Origin: Polyangiales bacterium
GTDB taxonomy: Bacteria; Myxococcota_A; Polyangia; Polyangiales; JADJQN01
Length of the DNA stretch: 64,000 nt
Direction of reading: 5' to 3'
Assembly: GCA_964202905.1 (NCBI GenBank)
Contig: CAXNJO010000002.1
Coordinates: 224,001 to 288,000, forward strand
Shown: positions 44,623 to 53,386 of the stretch, piece by piece
Layout of the letters: the number at the start of each line of letters is the position of its first letter
Numbering within the stretch: the stretch's first letter is position 1
Program-made: the position numbers and the translations under genes
Notes under the pieces: generated by a model
Database searches by the model: none
Seen by the model: only the letters and a program-made list of their open reading frames with translations
Told to the model about the DNA's origin: nothing

Positions 44623-45213
44623 ATGAGTTTCATCAACTATCTCTCGCGCGAGATCAACTGCAAGATCGTCTATTACGGCCCCGGACTGTGCGGGAAGACG
44701 ACCAATCTCCAATACATCTACAACAAGACGAATCCCGACGCGAAAGGCAAGATGATCAGCCTCGCGACGGAGACCGAGCGGACGCTCTTCTTCGATTTCC
44801 TGCCGCTCGCGCTCGGTGAGATTCGCGGTTTCAAGACACGATTCCACCTGTACACCGTGCCGGGTCAGGTCTTCTACGACGCGAGCCGTAAGCTCATCCT
44901 GAAGGGCGTCGACGGCGTCGTGTTCGTGGCGGATTCGCAGATCGCGCGCACCGAGGCGAACGCCGAGTCGCTCGAGAACCTCGGCATCAACCTCGCGGAG
45001 CAGGGCTACTCGCTCGACAAGCTCCCGTACGTCGTCCAGTACAACAAGCGCGACATGGCCGGCATCGCGCCGGTCGACGAGCTGCGCGCCCTGCTCAACC
45101 CGACGGGTGTCCCCGACTACGAGGGCGTGGCCTCGACGGGCATCGGCGTGTTCGAGACGCTCAAGTCCGTCGCGAAGCTCGTCCTGACCGAGTTGAAGCG
45201 CGGCGGCGGCTGA
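44623..45213 (+). CDS. mglA: Small GTPase MglA (gliding motility/polarity)
   Basis: [50 protein letters not shown]. Confidence 0.97.
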   Translation: MSFINYLSREINCKIVYYGPGLCGKTTNLQYIYNKTNPDAKGKMISLATETERTLFFDFLPLALGEIRGFKTRFHLYTVPGQVFYDASRKLILKGVDGVVFVADSQIARTEANAESLENLGINLAEQGYSLDKLPYVVQYNKRDMAGIAPVDELRALLNPTGVPDYEGVASTGIGVFETLKSVAKLVLTELKRGGG

Positions 45214-45238
45214 CGCGCGGAGCGTCACGGTCGCAGGG

Positions 45239-45270
45239 CGCGCGCTCCACGGACGCCTTCGGAGCGCGCG
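45239..45270. terminator. GC-rich hairpin between convergent mglA and grxC (possible bidirectional terminator)
   Basis: Perfect 10-bp inverted repeat CGCGCGCTCC / GGAGCGCGCG with a 12-nt loop; no U-tract. Confidence 0.4.
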
Positions 45271-45317
45271 GCTGGAAGCCACGGCGGCTGTAAGCCACGG
45301 CGGCTGAGAACCCTGGC
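45270..45317. repeat. Intergenic 16-bp tandem repeat x3 (third degenerate)
   Basis: GGCTGGAAGCCACGGC, GGCTGTAAGCCACGGC, GGCTGAGAACCCTGGC. Confidence 0.75.
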
Positions 45318-45329
45318 CGAGGCGCGCGG

Positions 45330-45587
45330 TCAGGGGGCGCCGAGCAGCACGTCGAGCTCACCCCGCTGTTCGAGCGCGCGCACATCGGTGAAACCGCCGC
45401 AGGGCGCGCCGCCGATGAAGATCTGCGGGACGGTGCGCTGTCCGGTGGTCTCGACCAGCCATTGGCGCTTGGCGTCATCACCGCTGACGTCGATCTCGCG
45501 GAAGGCGACGCCCTTCTTCCGGAAGAGCGTCTTGGCGGCGACGCAATAGGGGCACGACTGCGTGGTGTAGATGATGACCTCGGCCAT
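45330..45587 (-). CDS. grxC: Glutaredoxin 3
   Basis: IYTTQSCPYC, RTVPQIFIG, GGFTD. Confidence 0.92.
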   Translation of the reverse strand: MAEVIIYTTQSCPYCVAAKTLFRKKGVAFREIDVSGDDAKRQWLVETTGQRTVPQIFIGGAPCGGFTDVRALEQRGELDVLLGAP

Positions 45588-45643
45588 GCGACGCGTTGTG
45601 GGGCTCGCCGCCCCACGCGACAAGCCGTATACCGCGCCCGTCC

Positions 45644-46909
45644 ATGACGACCGCCGCGTCGCTCGCGCCCTCCCCGGCGCCGGGGTCACCCTTCGCACAC
45701 CGTGATTACACGATGTTCCAGGCGTCCCGCTTCTGCGTGACGTTGGCCATCCAGATGCAGGGGTTGGCCGTCGGCTACCACGTGTACCGGCTCACGGGGC
45801 GCGCGCTCGACCTCGCCTTGGTGGGCCTCGCGCAGTTCCTGCCCGCGTTCGTGCTCTCCCTCGTGACCGGGCACGTCGCCGATCGCTTCGATCGACGGCG
45901 CGTGCTCGCGCTCGCGGGCCTCGCGCAGGTGCTGGTGTCCGCTGCGCTCGCGCTGGTCGCGTGGACGCACTGGGGCGGGACGCCGGCCATCTACGCGGCG
46001 CTGCTCGTCGGCGGCACCGCGCGCGCGTTCGCCGGCCCCGCGGGCGGCGCGCTCATGCCGACGCTCGTGCCGGGCCCCGTCATGCACCGCGCGATCGCAT
46101 GGAGCTCGACGATCTGGCAGACCGCGACGATCGCCGGCCCTGCGCTCGGCGGGCTCGTGTACGGCCTCGGCGACGCGCCGACCGGGGTCTACGTCACGTG
46201 CCTCGTCGCGGAGCTCGTCTCGGTGGCGGGCTTCCTCGCCGTGCGCCCCCGGACGCAGCCCGCGCGCGCCGGCGGGGCCAGCCTCGACTCGCTCCTCGCG
46301 GGCGTGCGCTACGTGCGCGACAAGCCGGTGCTGCTCGGCGCCATCTCGCTCGACCTGTTTGCGGTGCTGCTCGGGGGCGCCGTCGCGCTGCTGCCGGTGT
46401 TCGCGGAGGACGTGCTCGACGTCGGCGTCGGCGGCCTCGCGTGGATGCGGAGCATGCCGGCCGTCGGCGCGGCGTGCATGGCGCTCGCGCTCTCGGTGCG
46501 CCCGCTCACGAGCCGCTCCGGGACGTGGATGTTCTCCGCGGTCGCCGTGTTCGGCGTGGCGACGATCGTCTTCGGTCTCTCGCGCGACTACGCGCTCTCG
46601 CTCGCGGCGCTCTTCGTCGTCGGCGCGAGCGACATGGTGAGCGTGTACGTGCGACAGACCCTCATCCAGCTCCGCACGCCGGACGAGATGCGCGGCCGCG
46701 TCAGCGCGGTGAACATGGTCTTCGTCGGCGCCTCGAACGAGCTCGGCGAGTTCGAATCCGGGCTCGTCGCGACGTTCTTCGGAGACGGCCCCGCGGGCGC
46801 CGTGCGCGCGGTGATCGTCGGTGGGCTCGGGACGCTCGTGGTCGTCGCGCTGTGGGCGCGGCTCTTCCCCGCGCTGCGCGGCGCGGACCGGCTCGACGTC
46901 ACGGCCTGA
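45644..46909 (+). CDS. MFS transporter
   Basis: GHVADRFDRRR motif A, about 12 hydrophobic segments, LDLFAVLLGGA, TPDEMRGRVSAV, SNELGEFESG. Confidence 0.9.
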   Translation: MTTAASLAPSPAPGSPFAHRDYTMFQASRFCVTLAIQMQGLAVGYHVYRLTGRALDLALVGLAQFLPAFVLSLVTGHVADRFDRRRVLALAGLAQVLVSAALALVAWTHWGGTPAIYAALLVGGTARAFAGPAGGALMPTLVPGPVMHRAIAWSSTIWQTATIAGPALGGLVYGLGDAPTGVYVTCLVAELVSVAGFLAVRPRTQPARAGGASLDSLLAGVRYVRDKPVLLGAISLDLFAVLLGGAVALLPVFAEDVLDVGVGGLAWMRSMPAVGAACMALALSVRPLTSRSGTWMFSAVAVFGVATIVFGLSRDYALSLAALFVVGASDMVSVYVRQTLIQLRTPDEMRGRVSAVNMVFVGASNELGEFESGLVATFFGDGPAGAVRAVIVGGLGTLVVVALWARLFPALRGADRLDVTA

Positions 46910-46972
46910 GGGACCGCGTGTCGGGGCGGGCCCGGCCGACGGCACAGACCGCCGCAGCGAACGTTCGGCGCG

Positions 46973-47992
46973 TCAGAGTCCGAGCCAGCTGCGCGCGTCG
47001 AGGGTGCGCGTGCCGCGGCGCACCTCGAAGCGCACGGGCGCCGACCCCGCGCCGCCCACACGCGTCCCGCGCTCGACCGCGTCGCCGACACGAACCTCGA
47101 TCGCGTCGAGCGCGCCGTACACGGTGTAGTGGTTCTCACCGTGATCCACGATCACGAGGCGCCCATAGCCTGGCTGGCTGGCCGCGAAGGCCACGCGGCC
47201 TGCGGCCGCCGCACGCACCGCGGCGCCGGGCGCGACCACGAGCTGCAGTCCGCCGTCGCCCGAGGGGGATGGCTCGAGCCGCACCGCACCGGAGACGGGC
47301 ACGCCGAGCGCGCCGCGCAGGGCGGCAAAGCCCCCGGAGGCCAGGTCATCCACGCCATCGACGACGCGCAGGCTCCCGTAGGGCAGCGCCGGCGCGCCGC
47401 TCGGGGACGAGACCGACTCCGCGAGCGAGAAACCGACATCGGACCAGACCGGCACGGCGGCCTGCTGACGGCGCGACTCGAGCGCACGGAGCCCGGCGCG
47501 CGCGACCGCGAGGGCCTCCGCGGCCTCGGCGATCTCCGAGCGGAGCGACTCGCCCCGCGCCCGCAGCGTGCGCACAGCACCGGCGTCCTGCTTCACCATG
47601 CGCCGCAGCCGGTCGAGCCGCGCGACGTGGCCGACCATGGCCTCGAAGCCGCCTGCGAGCGGCAGCATCCCCGCGCGTGTGAGGCGATAGAGCGCGCGCG
47701 CCCGCGCCCGCAGACGCGCGGACGCCTCGGTACGGCGCCGAGCGAGTCCCGCGATCTCGGCCTCCGCACGCGACGAGCGGGACGTCTCGGCCTCGACGCG
47801 CGCGAGGAGCCGCGCAGTCTCCGCATCGACGGCCGCGGCCGCGTCGATTCGCGTCGCGGCGAGGGCGAGCGGCAGCGGGCCGTCCTGGGCCCGTGCGACG
47901 CGGCCCGACAGGGCGCACGCCGCGCCGAGCGACGCGGCGAGGAACGCGTTCGGACCCCACCCGGAGCGGACGGCGCTGCGGTGCGTCGGCAT
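46973..47992 (-). CDS. envC: EnvC-like murein hydrolase activator (coiled coil plus degenerate M23 domain)
   Basis: Signal peptide, coiled coil, VRAAAAGRVAFA..PGYGRLVIVDHG..YTVY and FEVRRG. Zn-ligand His residues are absent. Lies directly after ftsEX. Confidence 0.8.
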   Translation of the reverse strand: MPTHRSAVRSGWGPNAFLAASLGAACALSGRVARAQDGPLPLALAATRIDAAAAVDAETARLLARVEAETSRSSRAEAEIAGLARRRTEASARLRARARALYRLTRAGMLPLAGGFEAMVGHVARLDRLRRMVKQDAGAVRTLRARGESLRSEIAEAAEALAVARAGLRALESRRQQAAVPVWSDVGFSLAESVSSPSGAPALPYGSLRVVDGVDDLASGGFAALRGALGVPVSGAVRLEPSPSGDGGLQLVVAPGAAVRAAAAGRVAFAASQPGYGRLVIVDHGENHYTVYGALDAIEVRVGDAVERGTRVGGAGSAPVRFEVRRGTRTLDARSWLGL

Positions 47993-48873
47993 CAGATCGC
48001 GAGGTAGCGGCGGAGGGAGAAGGCGCTCGCGAGGACGCCCGCGACGCCCCCGCCGAGGACAATGCCGAGCGCCGCCGACGGCGACAGAAACGCGGCGCGC
48101 ACGCCCGTGAGCGCAGCGACGGTGCCGTCGAGCGGGCCGCGCAACGCGAAGAAGGCTGCGCCGAGCAGCGCCAGCGCGACGAAGGCGGCGAGCACCCCCT
48201 GCAGGCCGCCCTCGACGAGGAAGGGCCCACGCACATAGCCATCCGTCGCGCCGCAGAGCTTCAGCACCTCGATCTCGTCGCGCCGCCCGGCGACGGCGAG
48301 GCGGATCGTGTTGCCGACGACCGCGAGCACGCAGACGAGCACGAGCAGCGCCGCGACGGCGGCCCCCGTCTGCCCCGCGGCGACGAGCGACTCGAGGCGC
48401 TCGAAGAACGCGCGGTACGTCTCCACGCCCTCGACCCCGCTCACGCGCACGACCCGCGACGCGATCTCGTTCGTCCGCTCCGCGCTCGTGCCCAGTCGCA
48501 GGCTCAGCTCGACCGAGGCGGGGAAGGCGTCGGCCGAAAGCCCCGCGAGCTCACCGCCGAGGTCCGCGTCGCGTGCGAACTGGGCGCGTGCGTCCGCGGC
48601 GCTCAGCGCGACCGCGCTCTCGACCTCCGGGAGCCCCGCGAGCGTCTCGCGAAGCCGCTGCGCGTCGGCGTCGGAGACCCCGTCCCGGAGGTAGATCGTC
48701 ATGCGCCCCGATCGCGACCAGCGCTCCGAGACGGCCGAGAGGTTCGTCATCGCGAGCACCGCGCTCCCCAGGCACAAGAAGGCCACGACGAGGCTCGAAC
48801 TCGCGACGACGTAGAGGTTGGCGTCCTCGCGGATGCCGCGGCGCGCGCGGAGAAAAGCGGTGTGCAGGTCCAT
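47992..48873 (-). CDS. ftsX: Cell division permease FtsX
   Basis: NTIRLAV..RRDEIEVLKLCGATDGYVRGPFLVEG; four TM segments. Confidence 0.92.
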   Translation of the reverse strand: MDLHTAFLRARRGIREDANLYVVASSSLVVAFLCLGSAVLAMTNLSAVSERWSRSGRMTIYLRDGVSDADAQRLRETLAGLPEVESAVALSAADARAQFARDADLGGELAGLSADAFPASVELSLRLGTSAERTNEIASRVVRVSGVEGVETYRAFFERLESLVAAGQTGAAVAALLVLVCVLAVVGNTIRLAVAGRRDEIEVLKLCGATDGYVRGPFLVEGGLQGVLAAFVALALLGAAFFALRGPLDGTVAALTGVRAAFLSPSAALGIVLGGGVAGVLASAFSLRRYLAI

Positions 48874-48886
48874 CTCAGCAGCTCCT

Positions 48887-49810
48887 TCAACCCGGGACGC
48901 GGTGCAGGGGGACGAGGGCGGCGGGATCGAGGTCCACGCGCGCGGCGAGACCGCGGACGGGCGGGCGCTCGGGCTCGGCGAGGGCGGCGGGACGAACCGC
49001 GGCGCCGCTTCCGGCCCACGCCTCACCGCCACTGCGCGCCTCGAACACGCGCCCCTCGTCGATCACGACGAGCCGGTGTGGCCGCGCCTCGAGCAGCGAG
49101 TGGTCGTGCGTCGCGAAGACGACGGTGATCCCCGACGCGTTGATCTCTTCGAAGAGCGTGAGGATGTCGAGCGCGAGCTGAGGGTCGAGGTTCCCCGTCG
49201 GCTCGTCCGCGAGCACGAGCGCCGGCTCGGTGACGATCGCGCGGGCGACGGCGACGCGCTGCTGCTCGCCGCCGCTGAGGACGCCCGTCCGGTCGTTGCC
49301 GCGGCCTGCGAGCCCGACGCGCTCGAGCGCCTCCGCGACGCGCGCGCGCACGACCTTCTGCGGCATCGCGAGGATCTCGAGCGGCACCGCGACGTTCTCG
49401 GCGACCGTCCAGTGCGGGACGACCTTGAAGTCCTGGAACACGATCCCGAGGTTGCGGCGCAGGAACGGGATCGACTCGCCCGTGAGCCGCGCGATGTCGC
49501 GCCCGCAGAAGAGGATGCGACCGTCGTCGACCATCAGCTTGCGGTAGATGAGTTGCAGGACGGTCGACTTGCCCGAGCCGCTCGGCCCCGTGACGAAGAC
49601 GAACTCGCCGCGATCGATCGTCAGGTTCGCGCCGCGGAGCACGGGCCGGTCGCGATCGAAGTACTTGTAGACGTCCTCGAGCACGAGGATCGGCTTCTCG
49701 CGTCCCGCGGCGTCGACGCGGTTCCCCGCCCGGAAGAACGAGAAAGGCCGCGTTCCCGCGGGCTCCTGCGCGGCGGATTGCGGCTGCGAACGCGGTCCCC
49801 TCTGGCTCAT
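48887..49810 (-). CDS. ftsE: Cell division ATP-binding protein FtsE
   Basis: GPSGSGKST, IPFLRRNLGIVFQDFK, LSGGEQQRVAVARA, LADEPTGNLDP, ATHD. Confidence 0.93.
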   Translation of the reverse strand: MSQRGPRSQPQSAAQEPAGTRPFSFFRAGNRVDAAGREKPILVLEDVYKYFDRDRPVLRGANLTIDRGEFVFVTGPSGSGKSTVLQLIYRKLMVDDGRILFCGRDIARLTGESIPFLRRNLGIVFQDFKVVPHWTVAENVAVPLEILAMPQKVVRARVAEALERVGLAGRGNDRTGVLSGGEQQRVAVARAIVTEPALVLADEPTGNLDPQLALDILTLFEEINASGITVVFATHDHSLLEARPHRLVVIDEGRVFEARSGGEAWAGSGAAVRPAALAEPERPPVRGLAARVDLDPAALVPLHRVPG

Positions 49811-49866
49811 GCGGCGACGGTAAACAGAGGCGCCGGGACCGATCAAGAAAACGGCGGAGCGCGCCG

Positions 49867-50997
49867 CTAGAACGAGGGCAGCGGGTCCGCGCCCCACGCG
49901 CTGTGGAACACGTGCCCGAGCAGCGACTCGGCCACCTTCGCATGCGGCGAGAAGCCCCAGATGGCCTCCTGCGAGACGTCGTCGAGGCTCGCGTAGTAGC
50001 GCCACACGAAGAAGCCGCTGAACCACGGTTCAGGCAGGAAGACCTCGAACACCGCCGCGAGCGCGCGGGCCTGCTCGTGCTCGTCGATGACGACCTCGGT
50101 CATGTCGTCCGGCCACAGCCACGGCTGCACGGCGGCGTTCGCACGGGTCGTGTAGCCGACCTCGACGAACAGCACGGGCATGTCGAGCGCCGCGATCGAT
50201 CCGCGCACGAGGTCGCGCGCGCGGCGGGCCCCCTCGACGTACTCGCCGTAGCTCGCGCCGTCGTGCTCGGCGAGCGGGTAGAACGCGTTGATGCCGACGA
50301 GATCGAGCTGATCCCAGAAGAGGACGCCATCGACCTCATCCCAGTTGGCGCTGTAGGTGAGCAGCCCCCTGAAGTTCGCGCGGAGCTCCGCGATGAGCGC
50401 GCGCCAGTAGCCGCCGAAGCGACCCGACCAGCTCTTGCACTCGACGCCGATCGAGAGCGCGTCCGCGCCCGCGGCCTCGGCGTCGCGCGCCCAGGCGAGC
50501 ACGAAATCGCGGTAGGACGCCTGGTATGCGGCCCACCCCTCGGGGCTTCCGGGCTCGATCTCGCCGCGCCAGCCGCCCGTTTCGACCCAGAGGTGCGGGA
50601 TGACGAGGACCTTCATCCCGTGGGCGTGCGCCTGCGCGATCATGCGGCGCACCGCGACGCGGTTCTCCTCGTAGGGCGCCTCGAAATCCATGAGGATCCC
50701 GGTGCTGTCGAGCGCCCAGAGGCGCCCGAAGGGCGTGAGGCTCACCCACGTGACGCCAAGCCGCTCGAGCTCGGCGAGCAGCGCGTCGCTCTCGGCCGTG
50801 CCGTAGCCGCGCCCGGGCTGCTGCGACGACTCGATCGGGCCGATCGTCACGCCGCGGATGGCGCCGAGGCCCGAAGCCTCCCAGCCGAGCTGTCCGCGCG
50901 GCAGGGTCGCGCGCGTCACCGCGGTCCCGGTGCCGCGAGGCGACGCCGCGACGCGGGAGGGAACGAGCCGGGGCGCCGCCTGCGCGGCGACGCGCAA
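49867..50997 (-). CDS. Glycoside hydrolase family 113-like (TIM barrel); true start uncertain
   Basis: KVLVIPHL, WRGEI, LSIGVE (acid/base), LTYSANW, FWDQLD.VGINAFYPL, VLFVEVGY (nucleophile). A signal-peptide-like stretch continues in frame upstream of 50997. Confidence 0.8.
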   Translation of the reverse strand: MRVAAQAAPRLVPSRVAASPRGTGTAVTRATLPRGQLGWEASGLGAIRGVTIGPIESSQQPGRGYGTAESDALLAELERLGVTWVSLTPFGRLWALDSTGILMDFEAPYEENRVAVRRMIAQAHAHGMKVLVIPHLWVETGGWRGEIEPGSPEGWAAYQASYRDFVLAWARDAEAAGADALSIGVECKSWSGRFGGYWRALIAELRANFRGLLTYSANWDEVDGVLFWDQLDLVGINAFYPLAEHDGASYGEYVEGARRARDLVRGSIAALDMPVLFVEVGYTTRANAAVQPWLWPDDMTEVVIDEHEQARALAAVFEVFLPEPWFSGFFVWRYYASLDDVSQEAIWGFSPHAKVAESLLGHVFHSAWGADPLPSF

Positions 50998-51137
50998 CGA
51001 AGGCGCGAGCGCGAGCGCCAGCGCCAGGACCGAGAGGGCCCGTCGCGCCGCGCATGCGAGCCCGGGGCGGTCGAACGAGAGCCACGCCGCGGGCTTGGGC
51101 CACGCGGCGGCGGTCCGGACGGATCACGCGTGTGCGC

Positions 51138-53370
51138 TCACGGCGCCGAGAAGAACGCGGAGATCGTGAAGTCCGACGGGGTCCCCCCCCACGTCGACTG
51201 CTCGACCTGGATGAAGTAGGTGCCCGCCGTCAGGAGTTCGTCGATCGCCGCGGTCGGGTCGCCGCTCGCGCAGCGGATCTCCGCGCCCGAGCAGCCCGCG
51301 CGGCGGAGGACGACCGCCATGCTCCCCGAGCCGCCCACGCGCGAGACGATGGCGCTCAGGCGCTGCGTCTCCGTGAGCGTGAAGCGGTAGAAGGCGTCCG
51401 CGCCTCCGCCGCCCCCGCAGCTGCCCGAAGGCGCGTCGTCCTCGAAGTCGACCAGCGTGCCGGTCGCCCGGGTGAACGGCGGGACGAGCTCGCCCGCGCC
51501 CGCGCAAGAGTCGTTCGCCGGCACCGGCGTCGGCGTCAGGAACCGCACCGACGCGTTGATGTTGCCTGTGGTGGCCTGCGTGGCGACCGTCACGTAGTAG
51601 CGGCCCGGCGCGAGGCTGCGGAAGAGTTGCGTCGAGGTGCCGCTCGTCGACCGACAACGCAGCTCGGAGCCCGACGCGCCGCAGGTGGTCTGCAACGCGA
51701 CGATGTCGCTGAAGCTGGTCGTGGTGGTGGTCAGCTCGACGTCGCTGGTGGAGGCGACGTCGAACACGAAGTACGCGTCACGGTAGGCCGACGAGACAGC
51801 TCAGACAGCTCGCGCCCCCGTCGAGGTCGAGGCCCGAGGCCGCCACGCGGCCGGCGGTCGTCGTGATGTCGACCGGCGAAACGCAGGTGTCACCGGCCGG
51901 GGGCGGCAGCGGATCGGTGATGGACGCCGTGACCGTCCAGCCGCTCGAGGACATGTCGCCCGACTCGAGGAGCACGTAATACGTGCCGGCGGGCAGCGCG
52001 CGGCGACGCAGCCGCGGCGAGGAGTCGGCGACGCAGGAGAGTTCCGCGCCGCTCGTCGTGCAGTCCGTCGAGAGGCTCAGGTAGGTCGTCGGCGTCCACA
52101 TGCCGAGCGTGCTGCCGCTGATCGTGACGTCCTTCGGCGAGGTGATCGTGAAGCGGTAGACCGCGTCCTTCGAGCTCGAGGAGCCGTTGCACGAGAGGGC
52201 GTAGTCGTCCTCGACCTCTTCGAACAACCCGGTGAACGTCCCGCCGGCGGAGATGTCGAAGGTCCGTTCGCTGCACTGGTCGACCACGGGGACCATCGTC
52301 GGCGCGGTGATGCGGAGGTTGAGGTCGAACGGCCCCGGCGCGCTCGTCTTGACGATGATCGCGTAACTCCCGGCGGGCAGGCTGCGCACGAGCGCGGAGG
52401 GCGCGCTGCCCGCGTTGCACTTGAGATCGGGGCCGCTCGCGCAGAGGTCGAGGGCGCGGATCGCGAGGACACCGCCGCTCGCGCCGGACGACGTCGCGCG
52501 CACGTCCTTCGTCTCGGTGAGCGTGAAGGTGAACACCGCGTCGGCGCCCGTGCCGCCGCAGCCGAGCGTGTAGTCCGAGCGCAGCCCGCGCGTCGAGCCG
52601 GAGAAGGTGCCGGCACCGGGGAGCGCGACGGCCGTCGCGCCGCAGGTGTCGTTCGCCGGCGTGCACGACGCGTCGTTGTAGTCGCGCTGCCCGTCGCAGT
52701 CGTCGTCGCGGCGGTTCGTGCAGTTCTCGGAAGCGCCGGGGTAGATCAACGTGCCGAAGCGCGGGTCGTCGTCGCAGTCCTCACCGCCGCAGCGGCCGTC
52801 GGTGTACCCGTCGCCGTCGAGATCGCGGACCACGTAGGTGCAGCCCATCGCCGTGTCGCACTCGTCGACCGTGCACGCGGACTCGTCGTTGCAGTAGAGC
52901 GGGGCCGAGGGGCGGCAGCCACCGACGAGCGCGTCCGGGTCGCAGACCTCGAGGCCGTTGCACGCGTCGCCGTCCGAACAGCGATCGTTCTGCGGCATCT
53001 GGAAGCAGGTGTTCGTCTCTTCGAGACACGCCGCCTCGGTGCAGTCGATCGCGTCGGTGCACGGCGCGGCGCCCACGACGCACACGCCTGCCTCGCAGCG
53101 CTCGGCACCGTTGCAAAAGCAGCCGTCGTCGCATCCGCCCGTTCCATCGCACGCCATGCCCACCGTCGCGCCGCGGCCCGCTTCGGTGCACGTATCGACG
53201 GTCGCGTCGGGGAACGTGAACAGGTCGGGCGCGCCGAGATCCGTCATCCCGAGGTCGAAGGTGAACGACGCGTCGGGGAGGGTGACCGGCGTGTTCCGCT
53301 TCTCGCAACCGACGATGAGGAGCGCCGCAGCGACCGGGAGAGCAGTGAGGAAAAGCGAGTGATGACGCAT
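51138..53370 (-). CDS. Cys-rich lipoprotein with metal-binding DCDD motif and tandem PPC-like beta-sandwich domains; frameshift at ~51795
   Basis: Lipobox IVGC, CDDGCFCNGAERC, DLDGDG..DCDD..PGASENC..DDDCD, repeated D(A)xFxFTL...G(T)YY.V domains. Continues in ORF 51138-51767. Confidence 0.75.
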
Positions 53371-53386
53371 GATTGCTCCGGTCGCC

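Noticed and set aside
46973..47992. Loss of Zn ligands in the second M23 protein as a novel pseudo-enzyme
   Set aside because: This is the expected state for EnvC downstream of ftsEX.
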